Assembly: GCA_024277355.1 (NCBI GenBank)
Contig: JAJRVL010000011.1
Span: forward strand, 34,155-98,154
Length of the DNA: 64,000 nucleotides
Origin: an archaeon
GTDB lineage: Archaea; Iainarchaeota; Iainarchaeia; Iainarchaeales; 1-14-0-10-31-34
Direction: 5' to 3'
The stretch's first letter is position 1. Each line of letters begins with the position of its first letter. The notes below the pieces were generated by a model, which worked only from the letters and a program-made list of their open reading frames with translations, had not been told where the DNA came from and did not search any database. Below are positions 29,359 through 39,234 of this stretch, one piece after another. The position numbers and the translations under genes were made by a program.

Positions 29359-30771
29359 ATGAAAAAAATAGTTTTTATGGACTTTGAAGAACTAAAAAAA
29401 AGAAACCAGTTAATAGCAGAAGAAATCAAAAAAAGAAATAATTTTGTTATAGTTAACCATCATGATGCAGATGGATTATGTTCCGGAGCAATAATTGCAA
29501 AAGCATTAGAAAGAGAAAACAAAAAATTCAATCAGATTACAGCAAAACAACTTTATTCTGATACAATAAGAGAAATTAAAAATTCAGGAGAAAACTATAT
29601 TTTTGTTGACTTTGGTTCAGGCCAATTAAATTTGCTTGAAGAAATGCTTGAAAAAAACTATTTTGTAATAGACCACCATCAGCCAGTAAAATCTGATTAC
29701 TTATTTCATTCAAATCCTTTTTTGTTTGGGTTTGACGGAGGCAAAGAAGTTTCAGGAGCAGGAATGACTTATTTTTTAGCAAAAGAATTAAATGAAAAAA
29801 ACAAGGATTTAAGTGCATTAGCAATTGTTGGAGCAGTAGGAGACATGCAGGATTATGAAGGCGAATTAACCGGATTAAACCGAAAAATTTTAGCTGATGC
29901 AGAAGAAATGAAATTAATAAAAAAAGAAAAAGATTTGAGGTTATATGGAAAAATTTCAAGGCCTTTAACTCAGTTTCTTTCTTTTTCTTCTAATCCAATT
30001 TTTCCCGGCTTAGCAGCAAATGACAAAGCATGCGTTGACTTTATTTTAAATTCAGGAATTGAATTAAAAGAAAAAAATGCATGGAAAACTTATTCAGATT
30101 TAACTAAAGAAGAAAAAAAAACTTTTACTTCAAATTTAATTGTTTATTCAATTGAAAATGGTTTCAGTGAATGGAAAGCACAAAATATTATTGGAGAAAC
30201 ATACACTTTACTGAAAGAAAACCCAAAAAGCCCTTTAAGAGATGCAAAAGAGTTTGCTACACTTCTTAATTCCTGCGGAAGACACGGAGAAGCACATATA
30301 GGCTTAAAAGTCTGCATGGGAGACAGAATCAACGCATACCAAAATGCAATGGAATTATTATTAGAACATAAAAGACAGTTAAGAGCAGGAATTGAATGGG
30401 TTCATGAACAGGGATTAACAGAAGAAAAAGCATTTTATTTTTTTGATGCAGAAGAAAACATAAAAGAAGAAATTGTAGGAATAATTGCAGGAATGCTTTA
30501 TGGTTCAAATTTAGTTAGCCAAAAAAAACCAATAATTGCTTTTGCAAGACAAAAAGACGGATTAATTAAAGTTAGTGCAAGAGCAACAGATGATTTAATT
30601 AGAAAAGGATTAAATTTAGGAAAAATTTTAAGAGAAACCTGCATGGAATTAGGTTCTGATGCAGAAGGCGGAGGCCATAAAATTGCAGCAGGATGCAGAA
30701 TTAATTTATGGCAGCAGAATTCATTTAAAGAAAAATTAAATAAAAAAATAGCTGACAGCATTAAAATCTGA
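29359..30771 (+). CDS. archaeal RecJ/Cdc45-like DHH-family phosphoesterase (GAN-like nuclease)
   Basis: 470 aa. DHH motifs VNHHDADGLCSGAI and VIDHHQP, plus a DHHA1-like C-terminal region (GGGHKIAAG). Confidence 0.7.
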   Translation: MKKIVFMDFEELKKRNQLIAEEIKKRNNFVIVNHHDADGLCSGAIIAKALERENKKFNQITAKQLYSDTIREIKNSGENYIFVDFGSGQLNLLEEMLEKNYFVIDHHQPVKSDYLFHSNPFLFGFDGGKEVSGAGMTYFLAKELNEKNKDLSALAIVGAVGDMQDYEGELTGLNRKILADAEEMKLIKKEKDLRLYGKISRPLTQFLSFSSNPIFPGLAANDKACVDFILNSGIELKEKNAWKTYSDLTKEEKKTFTSNLIVYSIENGFSEWKAQNIIGETYTLLKENPKSPLRDAKEFATLLNSCGRHGEAHIGLKVCMGDRINAYQNAMELLLEHKRQLRAGIEWVHEQGLTEEKAFYFFDAEENIKEEIVGIIAGMLYGSNLVSQKKPIIAFARQKDGLIKVSARATDDLIRKGLNLGKILRETCMELGSDAEGGGHKIAAGCRINLWQQNSFKEKLNKKIADSIKI

Positions 30772-31159
30772 AAAAGGAAAAGCAAATAAATGTCTAATGC
30801 TTAAATAATTTAATGCCAAAAAGAAAATATACTCCTGGACCAAAAAAAATTACTGTTCAAAAAAAATAATAACAGAAACAGAATACTGGAAATTAATTAA
30901 ACAGGGAAAAAGAATTCCTGCAGGAGCAGAAGTAAAACCAAGAAAAGTCGGAGAAACAACTTTAGGAAAATTAAAAATAAGGTTTCATGCGGACGGTTCA
31001 ATTGAAATTCCAAAATATACAGGAAAAGAAGGCAAACTAAAAAAAAGCACGCTTAGAACAAAAACAATTCCAGAAGGAGTAAGACTAATTTATCATCAAA
31101 TAGAATCAGTTAAAACAAGAATTGGACAGGCAAAAGAAATTTCAAATACAGTTTCAAGA

Positions 31160-32062
31160 ATGCATTATGACTTAGAACATCAATGGAAAAAATTCAATCC
31201 CGCACAAAAAAAATCTTATACAAAATATCTAACAGAGCTGCTTGGAAAATTAACAAAAAACCCGCTTTTATTAAAAGAAGAAAACAAAATTCGTGCAGTT
31301 CAAAGATTTAACAATGCAAAGCAATTATTAGAAAAAGGAAATTTCCCTGCTGCTTCAGCTGTTTTAAGAGGAATAGAAAATGATATGCAGAACTGGTTAA
31401 GAAAAATGAAACTGCAAAGCACAAGACTTGAAAGAAGAAGAAGTTTAGTTGTGGATAAAAAATTCCAGAAAGATGAAAGAATTTTTTCTGCATTAGATTC
31501 AATGATTAATGTGTTTAATCAGTTAAGACAGGGAATTGAACCAAGAGCAAGGCAAAGGGTTGCTGGAACTCTTTCTTCAATTAAAAGAAAATTGTTTGCA
31601 ACAGGGTTGTCAAAATTTAAAAGTGCAGGAATAATTATTGAAAAAGCAGCTGAATTAGTTAAAAAAGGAGAAATAACAAAAGCAAGAAGTTATATAAAAA
31701 ATGCAAACAAAAAAACAGTTGCTGCTGCTTCAGAGATTTCTTCTATTTATCCTGATAAATTGATGAGAATTGGAAAAAGCACAGATTTAAAATTTAAAAC
31801 AACCGTTTTAGCAAATCAAACTTTATTGTTTCACGATATGATGAGTTTATGGTGGATTCCAAAAAACAAGGCAAAAAAAAAATTAATTTTAGAAACAATA
31901 ACAGAACTTTCATCTTTAGCTGAAAGCACAGGAAAAAAAGAAGTAAGCAGAATTATTTTAAATGCAAAAATACAATTAACAGAAAATAAAATACAGGTAT
32001 TTACTGAACTGTTTGAAAAAGCTTTAAATAAATTAGAATCAAAAAAACAGAAACACAAATAA
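31160..32062 (+). CDS. hypothetical protein, probably 5'-extended (see findings)
   Basis: 300 aa. The same frame is open for ~113 codons upstream without a start. An ATG (MPKRKYTPGPKK...) at ~30813 is out of frame by one base across an A8 run. Confidence 0.4.
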   Translation: MHYDLEHQWKKFNPAQKKSYTKYLTELLGKLTKNPLLLKEENKIRAVQRFNNAKQLLEKGNFPAASAVLRGIENDMQNWLRKMKLQSTRLERRRSLVVDKKFQKDERIFSALDSMINVFNQLRQGIEPRARQRVAGTLSSIKRKLFATGLSKFKSAGIIIEKAAELVKKGEITKARSYIKNANKKTVAAASEISSIYPDKLMRIGKSTDLKFKTTVLANQTLLFHDMMSLWWIPKNKAKKKLILETITELSSLAESTGKKEVSRIILNAKIQLTENKIQVFTELFEKALNKLESKKQKHK

Positions 32063-32069
32063 ACTTTTA

Positions 32070-32642
32070 ATGCTTAATTTATTTATGCCGAGAATTCCCA
32101 TTAAAAAAAGAAGAATTGTTCCTGCAAAAAAATCTGGAAAAATCCTGATTAGCGGAAACAAAGGAACTGAATATTTAAATAAATATACTTCTGCAAGGCT
32201 TACAAAACAAACTAAAAATACTTTAATAAAACTTGCAAAAAGAAAACCTAAATTATTTGAACAAAAATATTCAAAAACAAGATTAAATTATCAGGCACTT
32301 TTTGCCAGAACAATAAAAACATTAAAAAAACACGGAATTGAAGTGGACTTTAAAGAATTAAAACACGAAGATGAAATTACCTGGGGGCATAACCACAGGC
32401 ATATTAGAGGAATTTATACTAAAACAGCTGAAAAACAAAAAGTCCAAATGTGGAAGACTGCTGAAAAAATAATGAAAAACGCTGAAAAACAAATAGTGGT
32501 GGCTGAATTATATTTGAAAACATTTTTAGAGATTGCAAAAAGCAATGGAACAACACTTCAGGAATTTCCATCAGATATTGAATCAGGATTTAAAATAATT
32601 TCAAAGTATATTAGAAAACAAGGAGAAACTCTTATTTACTAA
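32070..32642 (+). CDS. hypothetical basic protein
   Basis: 190 aa, Lys-rich, with an internal MPRIPIKKRR. No recognisable domain. Confidence 0.3.
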   Translation: MLNLFMPRIPIKKRRIVPAKKSGKILISGNKGTEYLNKYTSARLTKQTKNTLIKLAKRKPKLFEQKYSKTRLNYQALFARTIKTLKKHGIEVDFKELKHEDEITWGHNHRHIRGIYTKTAEKQKVQMWKTAEKIMKNAEKQIVVAELYLKTFLEIAKSNGTTLQEFPSDIESGFKIISKYIRKQGETLIY

Positions 32643-32681
32643 AAACCTAAATAAATAAATTTAAATCAAGTTAATTTCTAA

Positions 32682-34535
32682 TTGAAAAAGATGTATTTAA
32701 TTAAAGAAAACAAAGACAAAAAATATTTGGTTTTATCAGGGAATAAAGGATTTTATTTAAGGTATTTAGATAATGGATTTAAAACTAAATGGACTGGTTT
32801 ATGGAAAGATTCAGTGAAATATTTAGAATATTTTGCAGTCAAAGGCTTAGAAGAAGAAAAATGCATTAAAACAGAATACACTTATGGAAAAGCAGTTTAT
32901 TATTACAAAGGAATAACAGAAACAAACTTAATTCCAAAAAACAAAACAGGTTTATACATAAAACTTGAGTTTGGGAAAGAAAAACAAACTGAAATAGAAT
33001 TAGCTTTAAATATAAGAAAAAGAGAAGAAAATTTAACTAAAAGAAAATATAAAATAAAATTTAATAAAAAGAAAAAAGAAATAAAAATTTCAAATGAATT
33101 AAGTGCATTAACTTTTTTTTTAATTAAAGGAGAACTTAATTTTCAAGAACAATCTTATGAAAAAATTCATTTTCCTTCAGATGAAAAACAAAACTGCTTT
33201 ATTCCCGGAAAAATTTCAGTTAAAGGAAAAGAAATAATTTTTGGGTTAATCCCAGAAAAAGAAAAAAAATTAAATAAACGAGAAATAGAAAAAGAACTGA
33301 AAAAACAAAAAATTCAAAACAAGAAAACTGAAGAATTAATTAAATGCAGTTCAAAAGAAATAGAAAAAGGATTTATTAATTCAGTTAAGGCAGTTGAACT
33401 GCTTGAAAACAACGGGAATTTTTTTGCTGGTTATCCCTGGTTTCTGCAGTATTGGGGAAGAGATAATTTATGGAGTTTAAATGCATTAATTTCAGCAGGC
33501 AAATTTGAATTAACTGAAAAAGTTTTATTGTATTTCTGGAAAAAAAACAGTAACGGAAAAATACCAAACTTTATTGACGGCAAAAAAGTGTTATTTAATT
33601 CAATTGATGCTTCATTGTTATTTTTAATTTCCCTGCAGAATTATGTTTTTGCTTCAGGAAACAAAAAAATTTTAAAGAAAATTAAATACACTGAAGTGTT
33701 GGATTTTCTTAAATCAAGAGAAGAAAACAAATTGATTTTTCATGAAGGAAATGAAACATGGATGGATTCAATTGAAAGAAAAGGAAAAGCAATTGAAATT
33801 CAAGCACTATATCTTAAAGCACTACATTGTGCAAGGAATTTAATGAAATTAGAAGGAAAAGAAAAAGAAGTTCATTTAACTGAAAAAAAAGCTGTTAACT
33901 TAAACAGGAAAATAATTGAAGAATTTGAAGTTAACGGAGTTTACAGGGATTTAGTTAATGAAAAAAATGAATTCATTAAAACATGCAATCCTTTGGTTTA
34001 TTTAATGGGAAAGAAAGCAGAAGAAAAAGAAATTGCTTTATTTGAATCAGAAGAATTTAATGGACTAAAAGGAATTTTAACAAGAAGCAAAAAAGAACAG
34101 GGATTTGATTCAGAAGGATATCACACAGGATTAAGCTGGAGTTTAATTAACGGCTGGATGAGTTGTGTTGAATTTAAAGCCGAAAAAACAAAAAAAGGAT
34201 TGTTTTATCTACAAAAATTAATTGAAGATTTAAATCAAGATTGTATTGGAGGAATAGGGGAATGCTGGTCTCTTGATGGAAAACTAAAAGGGTGCGGAAT
34301 GCAGTTATGGGGAAATGCTTTTGTAATTAAAATTATCGATGAATTTATGCTAGGAATAAAAATAAATGAATTTGAAAAAAAAGTTTTTTTAAAACCGCAA
34401 TTGCCTGAAAAAATTAATTTAATTAAAAGAAAAATAAGAATTGGAAATACTTGGTTTGAACTTATTGTTGAAAGAAAAAAAAGAAAGGTTTCAGCTAAAA
34501 CAGACAACAAGAAAATTAAAATTGAATTTTATTGA
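32682..34535 (+). CDS. glycogen-debranching-enzyme-like (GDE_C / amylo-alpha-1,6-glucosidase-type) six-hairpin glycoside hydrolase
   Basis: 617 aa. Hallmark GYPWFLQYWGRDNLWSLNAL matches the WF.dWGRDt.Isl motif of the GDE_C family. Confidence 0.6.
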   Translation: MKKMYLIKENKDKKYLVLSGNKGFYLRYLDNGFKTKWTGLWKDSVKYLEYFAVKGLEEEKCIKTEYTYGKAVYYYKGITETNLIPKNKTGLYIKLEFGKEKQTEIELALNIRKREENLTKRKYKIKFNKKKKEIKISNELSALTFFLIKGELNFQEQSYEKIHFPSDEKQNCFIPGKISVKGKEIIFGLIPEKEKKLNKREIEKELKKQKIQNKKTEELIKCSSKEIEKGFINSVKAVELLENNGNFFAGYPWFLQYWGRDNLWSLNALISAGKFELTEKVLLYFWKKNSNGKIPNFIDGKKVLFNSIDASLLFLISLQNYVFASGNKKILKKIKYTEVLDFLKSREENKLIFHEGNETWMDSIERKGKAIEIQALYLKALHCARNLMKLEGKEKEVHLTEKKAVNLNRKIIEEFEVNGVYRDLVNEKNEFIKTCNPLVYLMGKKAEEKEIALFESEEFNGLKGILTRSKKEQGFDSEGYHTGLSWSLINGWMSCVEFKAEKTKKGLFYLQKLIEDLNQDCIGGIGECWSLDGKLKGCGMQLWGNAFVIKIIDEFMLGIKINEFEKKVFLKPQLPEKINLIKRKIRIGNTWFELIVERKKRKVSAKTDNKKIKIEFY

Positions 34536-34620
34536 AAAAAAATAATAGAAATAAAATTGCATTAATCAAAAAAAAGTTAATTAAAATAAAGTGAAATAAA
34601 AAAAAGTTAAAGTAATTTTT

Positions 34621-35988
34621 CTAAAAATCAATTTTAACGCAGTCAAATTCATTTAGTTTCTGCCTGAATTTAGATTTAATTTCCTCTAATTCGTTTTGAG
34701 TTTTTGCTTCAAATCTTAATACTAAAACAGGCTGAGTGTTTGATGCACGAACTAAACCCCATCCATTATCAAATAAAACTCTTGCTCCGTCAATGTCAAT
34801 TACTTTATGATTTTTCTTAAAGTATTCTCCTACTATTTTAACTACTTCAAATTTTTTTTCATCTGAACAATCTACTCTGATTTCAGGAGAAGAAAAATAT
34901 TTTGGGGCATCAGATAATAATTCAGATAATTTTTTATCTGAATTTGAAAGAATTCTTAAAATTCTTGCTGAAGCATAAATTGCATCATCAAAACCAAAAA
35001 ATTCATCTCTGAAAAACATATGCCCTGACATTTCTCCTGCAATTAAAGCATGTTCTTCAATCATTTTTGCTTCAATAATACTGTGCCCAGTTGGAGATAA
35101 AATTGGAATTCCATTATGGTTTTTGATGTCTTCAATTAAAGCCTGAGAGCATTTAACTTCAACTAAAATTTTTGATTCAGGTTTTTTTGCTAATAATTCC
35201 CTTGAAAATAAAATCAATAACTGGTCTCCCCATAAAATTACTCCTTTGTCATCAACTACTCCAATTCTATCTGCATCTCCATCTAATGCAATTCCAATAT
35301 CTGCATTAGAATCTTTTACTTTTTTAATTAAGTCAGTTAAAGTTTCAGGCAAAGTTGGATCAGGATGATGATTAGGAAAAGTGCCGTCAGAAACACAATA
35401 TAATTCCTGTAATTCAACTCCTAAACTGTTTAAGATTTTTGGAGCAATAACAGATCCTACTCCATTACCACAGTCTAAAACTACTTTTAATTTTTTATTT
35501 AAAGAAACTTTTTCTTTAATCATTTCAGCATAAATATCTAAAATTTCTGTTTTTTTTATGCTTCCTTCTCCTTTAAGAAATTCATCTTTTTCCATTAAAT
35601 GCATTATTTTCTGGATTTCTTCTCCAAAAATTGCATGGTTTTCTTTGGAAATCTTAAAACCGTTAAATTCAGATGGGTTATGTGAACCTGTAATCATTAC
35701 TCCTCCTGAAGCCTTAAAATGCACTACAGAAAAATAATAAGCAGGAGTAGGAACTAAACCTACATCAATTACATCAATTCCAGTTGAAACTAATCCACGA
35801 ATTAAATGCTTTGAATAAGAAGGAGAAGAAGGCCTGTTATCATAACCTACAACAGCTGATTTTCCTCCGCTTTTAATTATATAAGTTCCTACAGCTTTAC
35901 CTAAAGCTTCAGCAAAATCCCCATTTAAATCTTTATTGACTAAACCTCTGATATCATATTGCCTGAAAATATTCTGATTAACTTTCAT
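34621..35988 (-). CDS. phosphoglucomutase/phosphomannomutase
   Basis: 455 aa. Active-site ITGSHNPSEFNGFK, Mg-binding DGDADR, sugar-binding GEMSGH. Confidence 0.85.
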   Translation of the reverse strand: MKVNQNIFRQYDIRGLVNKDLNGDFAEALGKAVGTYIIKSGGKSAVVGYDNRPSSPSYSKHLIRGLVSTGIDVIDVGLVPTPAYYFSVVHFKASGGVMITGSHNPSEFNGFKISKENHAIFGEEIQKIMHLMEKDEFLKGEGSIKKTEILDIYAEMIKEKVSLNKKLKVVLDCGNGVGSVIAPKILNSLGVELQELYCVSDGTFPNHHPDPTLPETLTDLIKKVKDSNADIGIALDGDADRIGVVDDKGVILWGDQLLILFSRELLAKKPESKILVEVKCSQALIEDIKNHNGIPILSPTGHSIIEAKMIEEHALIAGEMSGHMFFRDEFFGFDDAIYASARILRILSNSDKKLSELLSDAPKYFSSPEIRVDCSDEKKFEVVKIVGEYFKKNHKVIDIDGARVLFDNGWGLVRASNTQPVLVLRFEAKTQNELEEIKSKFRQKLNEFDCVKIDF

Positions 35989-36031
35989 TCAAAACCAATA
36001 GAAATATAAAAACCAAAGCATTAAAGACATT

Positions 36032-37018
36032 ATGGAAGCAAACGAACTGAGAAAAGATTACTTAATGGATGAATGGTCAATTATATCCAAAAACCGTTCT
36101 TCACGCCCTTTTGATCATAAAACATCAGAAAAATTAAAAGAAACAGAAAAAATTGAAGTGGATGTAAACTGCCCTTTTTGTTTAGGAAATGAAAAACAGA
36201 CTCCTCCTGAAATTTTCAGAACAGGAAGCAAAATTAAATGGAATTTACGGGGATTTGCAAACAAATTTTCTGCAATGCAGACAGAAAAAGAATTTTCAAT
36301 TCAAAAAAAAGGGTTGCTTGAATTTGATGATGCTTTTGGTTATCATGAAGTAATAGTTGAAACAAATAATCATTCAAAAGAATTAGCTGAATTAAATAAA
36401 CAGGAAATGACTGAATTATTTACTGCATACCAAGAAAGAGAAAACAAATTAAAGAAAAGAAAGGGAGTAAAACATGTTTTAATAATAAAAAATTTCGGCA
36501 AAGAATGCGGGGCTTCATTAAGGCATAATCATTCACAATTAATTACTTTTCCTTTTGTTCCTCCAAAAATTGAATTAGAAATAAAAAAAGCAGAAGAATT
36601 TTTTAAAGAAAAAGGAAAAAACGTTTTTTTGGAAATAACTGAAACTGAAAGCAAAACAGAAAGAAAAGTATTTGAAAACGAAAATTTTGTTGCTTTTACT
36701 GCTTTTGCACCTAAATGGACTTATGAAACATGGATTACCCCAAAAAAACAATTTTCTAATTTAAGTGAAATGGATGAAAAAACATTGAAAGATTTAGGAG
36801 AAATAACTGAATTTGTTTTAAAAAAAATAAAGAAAAATTTAGGCAATGCTTCATATAATTATTTTTTGCATGAATCAATGACACAAAATAAAGCTTATTG
36901 TTTTCATTTGAAAATCCAGCCAAACGTCAAAAAAATTTACGGCGGAATAGAAAAAGCTTCAGATATAATTTTAATTGAAGTTTCTCCGGAACAAGCAGCA
37001 GAAGAACTAAGGAAATGA
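36032..37018 (+). CDS. GalT-like (galactose-1-phosphate uridylyltransferase family, HIT superfamily) nucleotidyl transferase/phosphorylase
   Basis: 328 aa. Zn-site CPFCLGNE and catalytic H-x-H-x-Q (LRHNHSQL). Confidence 0.6.
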   Translation: MEANELRKDYLMDEWSIISKNRSSRPFDHKTSEKLKETEKIEVDVNCPFCLGNEKQTPPEIFRTGSKIKWNLRGFANKFSAMQTEKEFSIQKKGLLEFDDAFGYHEVIVETNNHSKELAELNKQEMTELFTAYQERENKLKKRKGVKHVLIIKNFGKECGASLRHNHSQLITFPFVPPKIELEIKKAEEFFKEKGKNVFLEITETESKTERKVFENENFVAFTAFAPKWTYETWITPKKQFSNLSEMDEKTLKDLGEITEFVLKKIKKNLGNASYNYFLHESMTQNKAYCFHLKIQPNVKKIYGGIEKASDIILIEVSPEQAAEELRK

Positions 37019-37087
37019 AAACCTTAATCCATTAAATTTAATAAAAGAAAGAACAGATTATTAGTGGAAAAACTGTTTTGTGATTAA

Positions 37088-38869
37088 ATGGATTATGTTG
37101 TATTAGAAGCAAGCTATGAAGTAGCAAACAAAGTTGGCGGAATACATACAGTTTTAACAAGCAAATCAGCAAGAATGCAGGAAAAAATTCCTGAATTTTA
37201 TGAGATTGGACCTTACTACAAAAAAAAAGCACAAGTAGAATTTGAAGAAAAAGAAATTCCAAATAAATTTCATAAAACTTTTGTTGAAATGGAAAAAGAA
37301 TTAGGAATAAAATGCTATTATGGAAACTGGGTTGTAGCAGAAAAATCTCCAAATTGTATTTTAATTGACCATTTAAACTTAAAGAAAAAAACAAATGAAA
37401 TAAAAAAAGAGTTATGGGATGCATTTAAAATTGATTCAATGGGAACAGACGAATGGTTTAACGAACCGGTAATCTGGAGCAAAGCAGTCGGTTTACTAAT
37501 AGAAAAACTAGAAAAAAATAAAGTTTTTGGAAATAAAAAAATTGTTTCACATTTTCATGAATATTTAAGCGGAACAGGATTACTGCATTTAAAAAAAATT
37601 AAAAGCAAAACAAAAACGGTTTTTACAACTCATGCAACAGTTTTAGGAAGAACAATAGCTGAATCAAGAAAACAGGATTTATATGAATTAATTGAAAAAG
37701 GATTTAAAGAAAAACAAACTGCATCAAATGAATTAGCTTATTCTTATGGAGTTCAGTCAAAACATTTATTAGAAAAAGCATGTGCATTAAATGCTGATGT
37801 ATTTACTTCAGTAAGCAAAGCAGTAGCAAAAGAATCAGAATTTATTTTAGGAAAAAAATGCGATTTAATTCTGCCTAATGGATTAGATTTAGATAAATTT
37901 CCAATAATGGAAGACTTAAGTATTTTACATAAACAATACAGAGACAGAATAAGGCATTTTATTGAAGCATATTTTTATCCATATTATTATTTTGACATAA
38001 AAAAAACTTTGTTTTATTTTATTGCGGGAAGATATGAATTCCACAACAAAGGAATAGACTTGTTTATTGATGCCTTAGGAGAATTAAATAAAGAACTAAA
38101 AAAACAGAAATCAGATTTAAAAATAATTGCTTTTATCTGGATTGCAGAAGAAACAACAGCAAGAAATTTAGCTGTAATGGAAAACATGGTAATACACCAA
38201 ACCATAGAAGATTTAATGGAAAGAGAACTGCCTAATATTCAAAGACAATTATTTAGAAATTTAATGGAAGGCCAAAAACTGGAAACAAATTTATTTGAAA
38301 AAGACTTTTTATTAAATTCAAAAAAAATGGCTTTAAGATTAAAAAGCAAAAAAGAAGTTTTGCCTCCAATAAGTGCATTTGAAACAAGAGAAAATGAAAT
38401 ATTAAAATCAATTAAAAGAAATAATTTATTAAACAAAGAAGAAGACAAAGTCAAAATCATTTATTATCCAACTTATTTAAGTACTGCAGATGGATTAATC
38501 GGATTAAATTATTATGAAGCAATAATCGGATCACATTACGGAATTTTTCCTTCTTATTATGAACCCTGGGGTTATACTCCATTAGAAACTGCTGCTTTAG
38601 CTGTTCCTTCTGTGACAACAGATTTAGGAGGATATGGGCAGTTTATTGAAGAAACATTAGGAAAAAAAGCTGAAGGAAGTATTCAGGTATTAAAAAGAAA
38701 AGGAAAAACATACAAAGAAGAAGTAAAAGAAATGAAAAATAAAATGAAAGATATTTATTTAATGACAAAACAGCAGAGAATGCAGAAAAAAATTAATGCA
38801 AAAGAATATTCTTTTTTGGCTGACTGGCGAAACTTAATTGAAAATTACATTAAAGCATATGAAAGCTAA
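37088..38869 (+). CDS. glycogen synthase, GT3 (eukaryotic-type) family
   Basis: 593 aa. N-terminus VLEASYEVANKVGGIHTVLTSKSARM...FYEIGPYY aligns with eukaryotic glycogen synthase (FEVAWEVANKVGGIYTVL.SKA...LIGP). Confidence 0.65.
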   Translation: MDYVVLEASYEVANKVGGIHTVLTSKSARMQEKIPEFYEIGPYYKKKAQVEFEEKEIPNKFHKTFVEMEKELGIKCYYGNWVVAEKSPNCILIDHLNLKKKTNEIKKELWDAFKIDSMGTDEWFNEPVIWSKAVGLLIEKLEKNKVFGNKKIVSHFHEYLSGTGLLHLKKIKSKTKTVFTTHATVLGRTIAESRKQDLYELIEKGFKEKQTASNELAYSYGVQSKHLLEKACALNADVFTSVSKAVAKESEFILGKKCDLILPNGLDLDKFPIMEDLSILHKQYRDRIRHFIEAYFYPYYYFDIKKTLFYFIAGRYEFHNKGIDLFIDALGELNKELKKQKSDLKIIAFIWIAEETTARNLAVMENMVIHQTIEDLMERELPNIQRQLFRNLMEGQKLETNLFEKDFLLNSKKMALRLKSKKEVLPPISAFETRENEILKSIKRNNLLNKEEDKVKIIYYPTYLSTADGLIGLNYYEAIIGSHYGIFPSYYEPWGYTPLETAALAVPSVTTDLGGYGQFIEETLGKKAEGSIQVLKRKGKTYKEEVKEMKNKMKDIYLMTKQQRMQKKINAKEYSFLADWRNLIENYIKAYES

Positions 38870-38880
38870 TAATTTTTAAT

Positions 38881-38990
38881 AAAACCTTTTTGAAAAGTTT
38901 GTTTTTGCAAAGCAAACTAATTTTTGATAAACCTTTTTTTTTAAAAAGATTTTTTTGATAAAACTTTTTCTGAAAAAGTTTTTTATTCAG
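38881..38990. promoter_or_regulatory. cluster of T-rich dyad-symmetric elements (cttttt-N-aaaaag x3) between convergent genes; probable bidirectional terminator or binding sites
   Basis: cctttttgaaaagttt, acctttttttttaaaaagatttttt and actttttctgaaaaagtttttt read directly from the sequence. Confidence 0.3.
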
Positions 38991-39177
38991 TTAAATAAAA
39001 CTTGTTTTTTGAGATTCCAATTTTTCCTTCTCTTGCAAGCCAGCCTAAAGCAGCAAAAACATGTTCTGATTTAAGTTTAGTTGCTTTTTTTAACTGAACT
39101 GCATTCATTGGTTTTTTGTTGTTTAATACATTCCATACAGTTCCTGCTTTGCTTCCAAAATATTCATTTGATTCCAT
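38983..39177 (-). CDS. small winged-helix DNA-binding protein
   Basis: 64 aa. KPMNAVQLKKATKLKSEHVFAALGWLAREGKI is a wHTH-like recognition helix and wing. Confidence 0.4.
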   Translation of the reverse strand: MESNEYFGSKAGTVWNVLNNKKPMNAVQLKKATKLKSEHVFAALGWLAREGKIGISKNKFYLTE

Positions 39178-39234
39178 TTTATGCCCTCCTAAGAAAGTTA
39201 ATTCATTAATATTGTAAAAAATAAATTATTAAAT

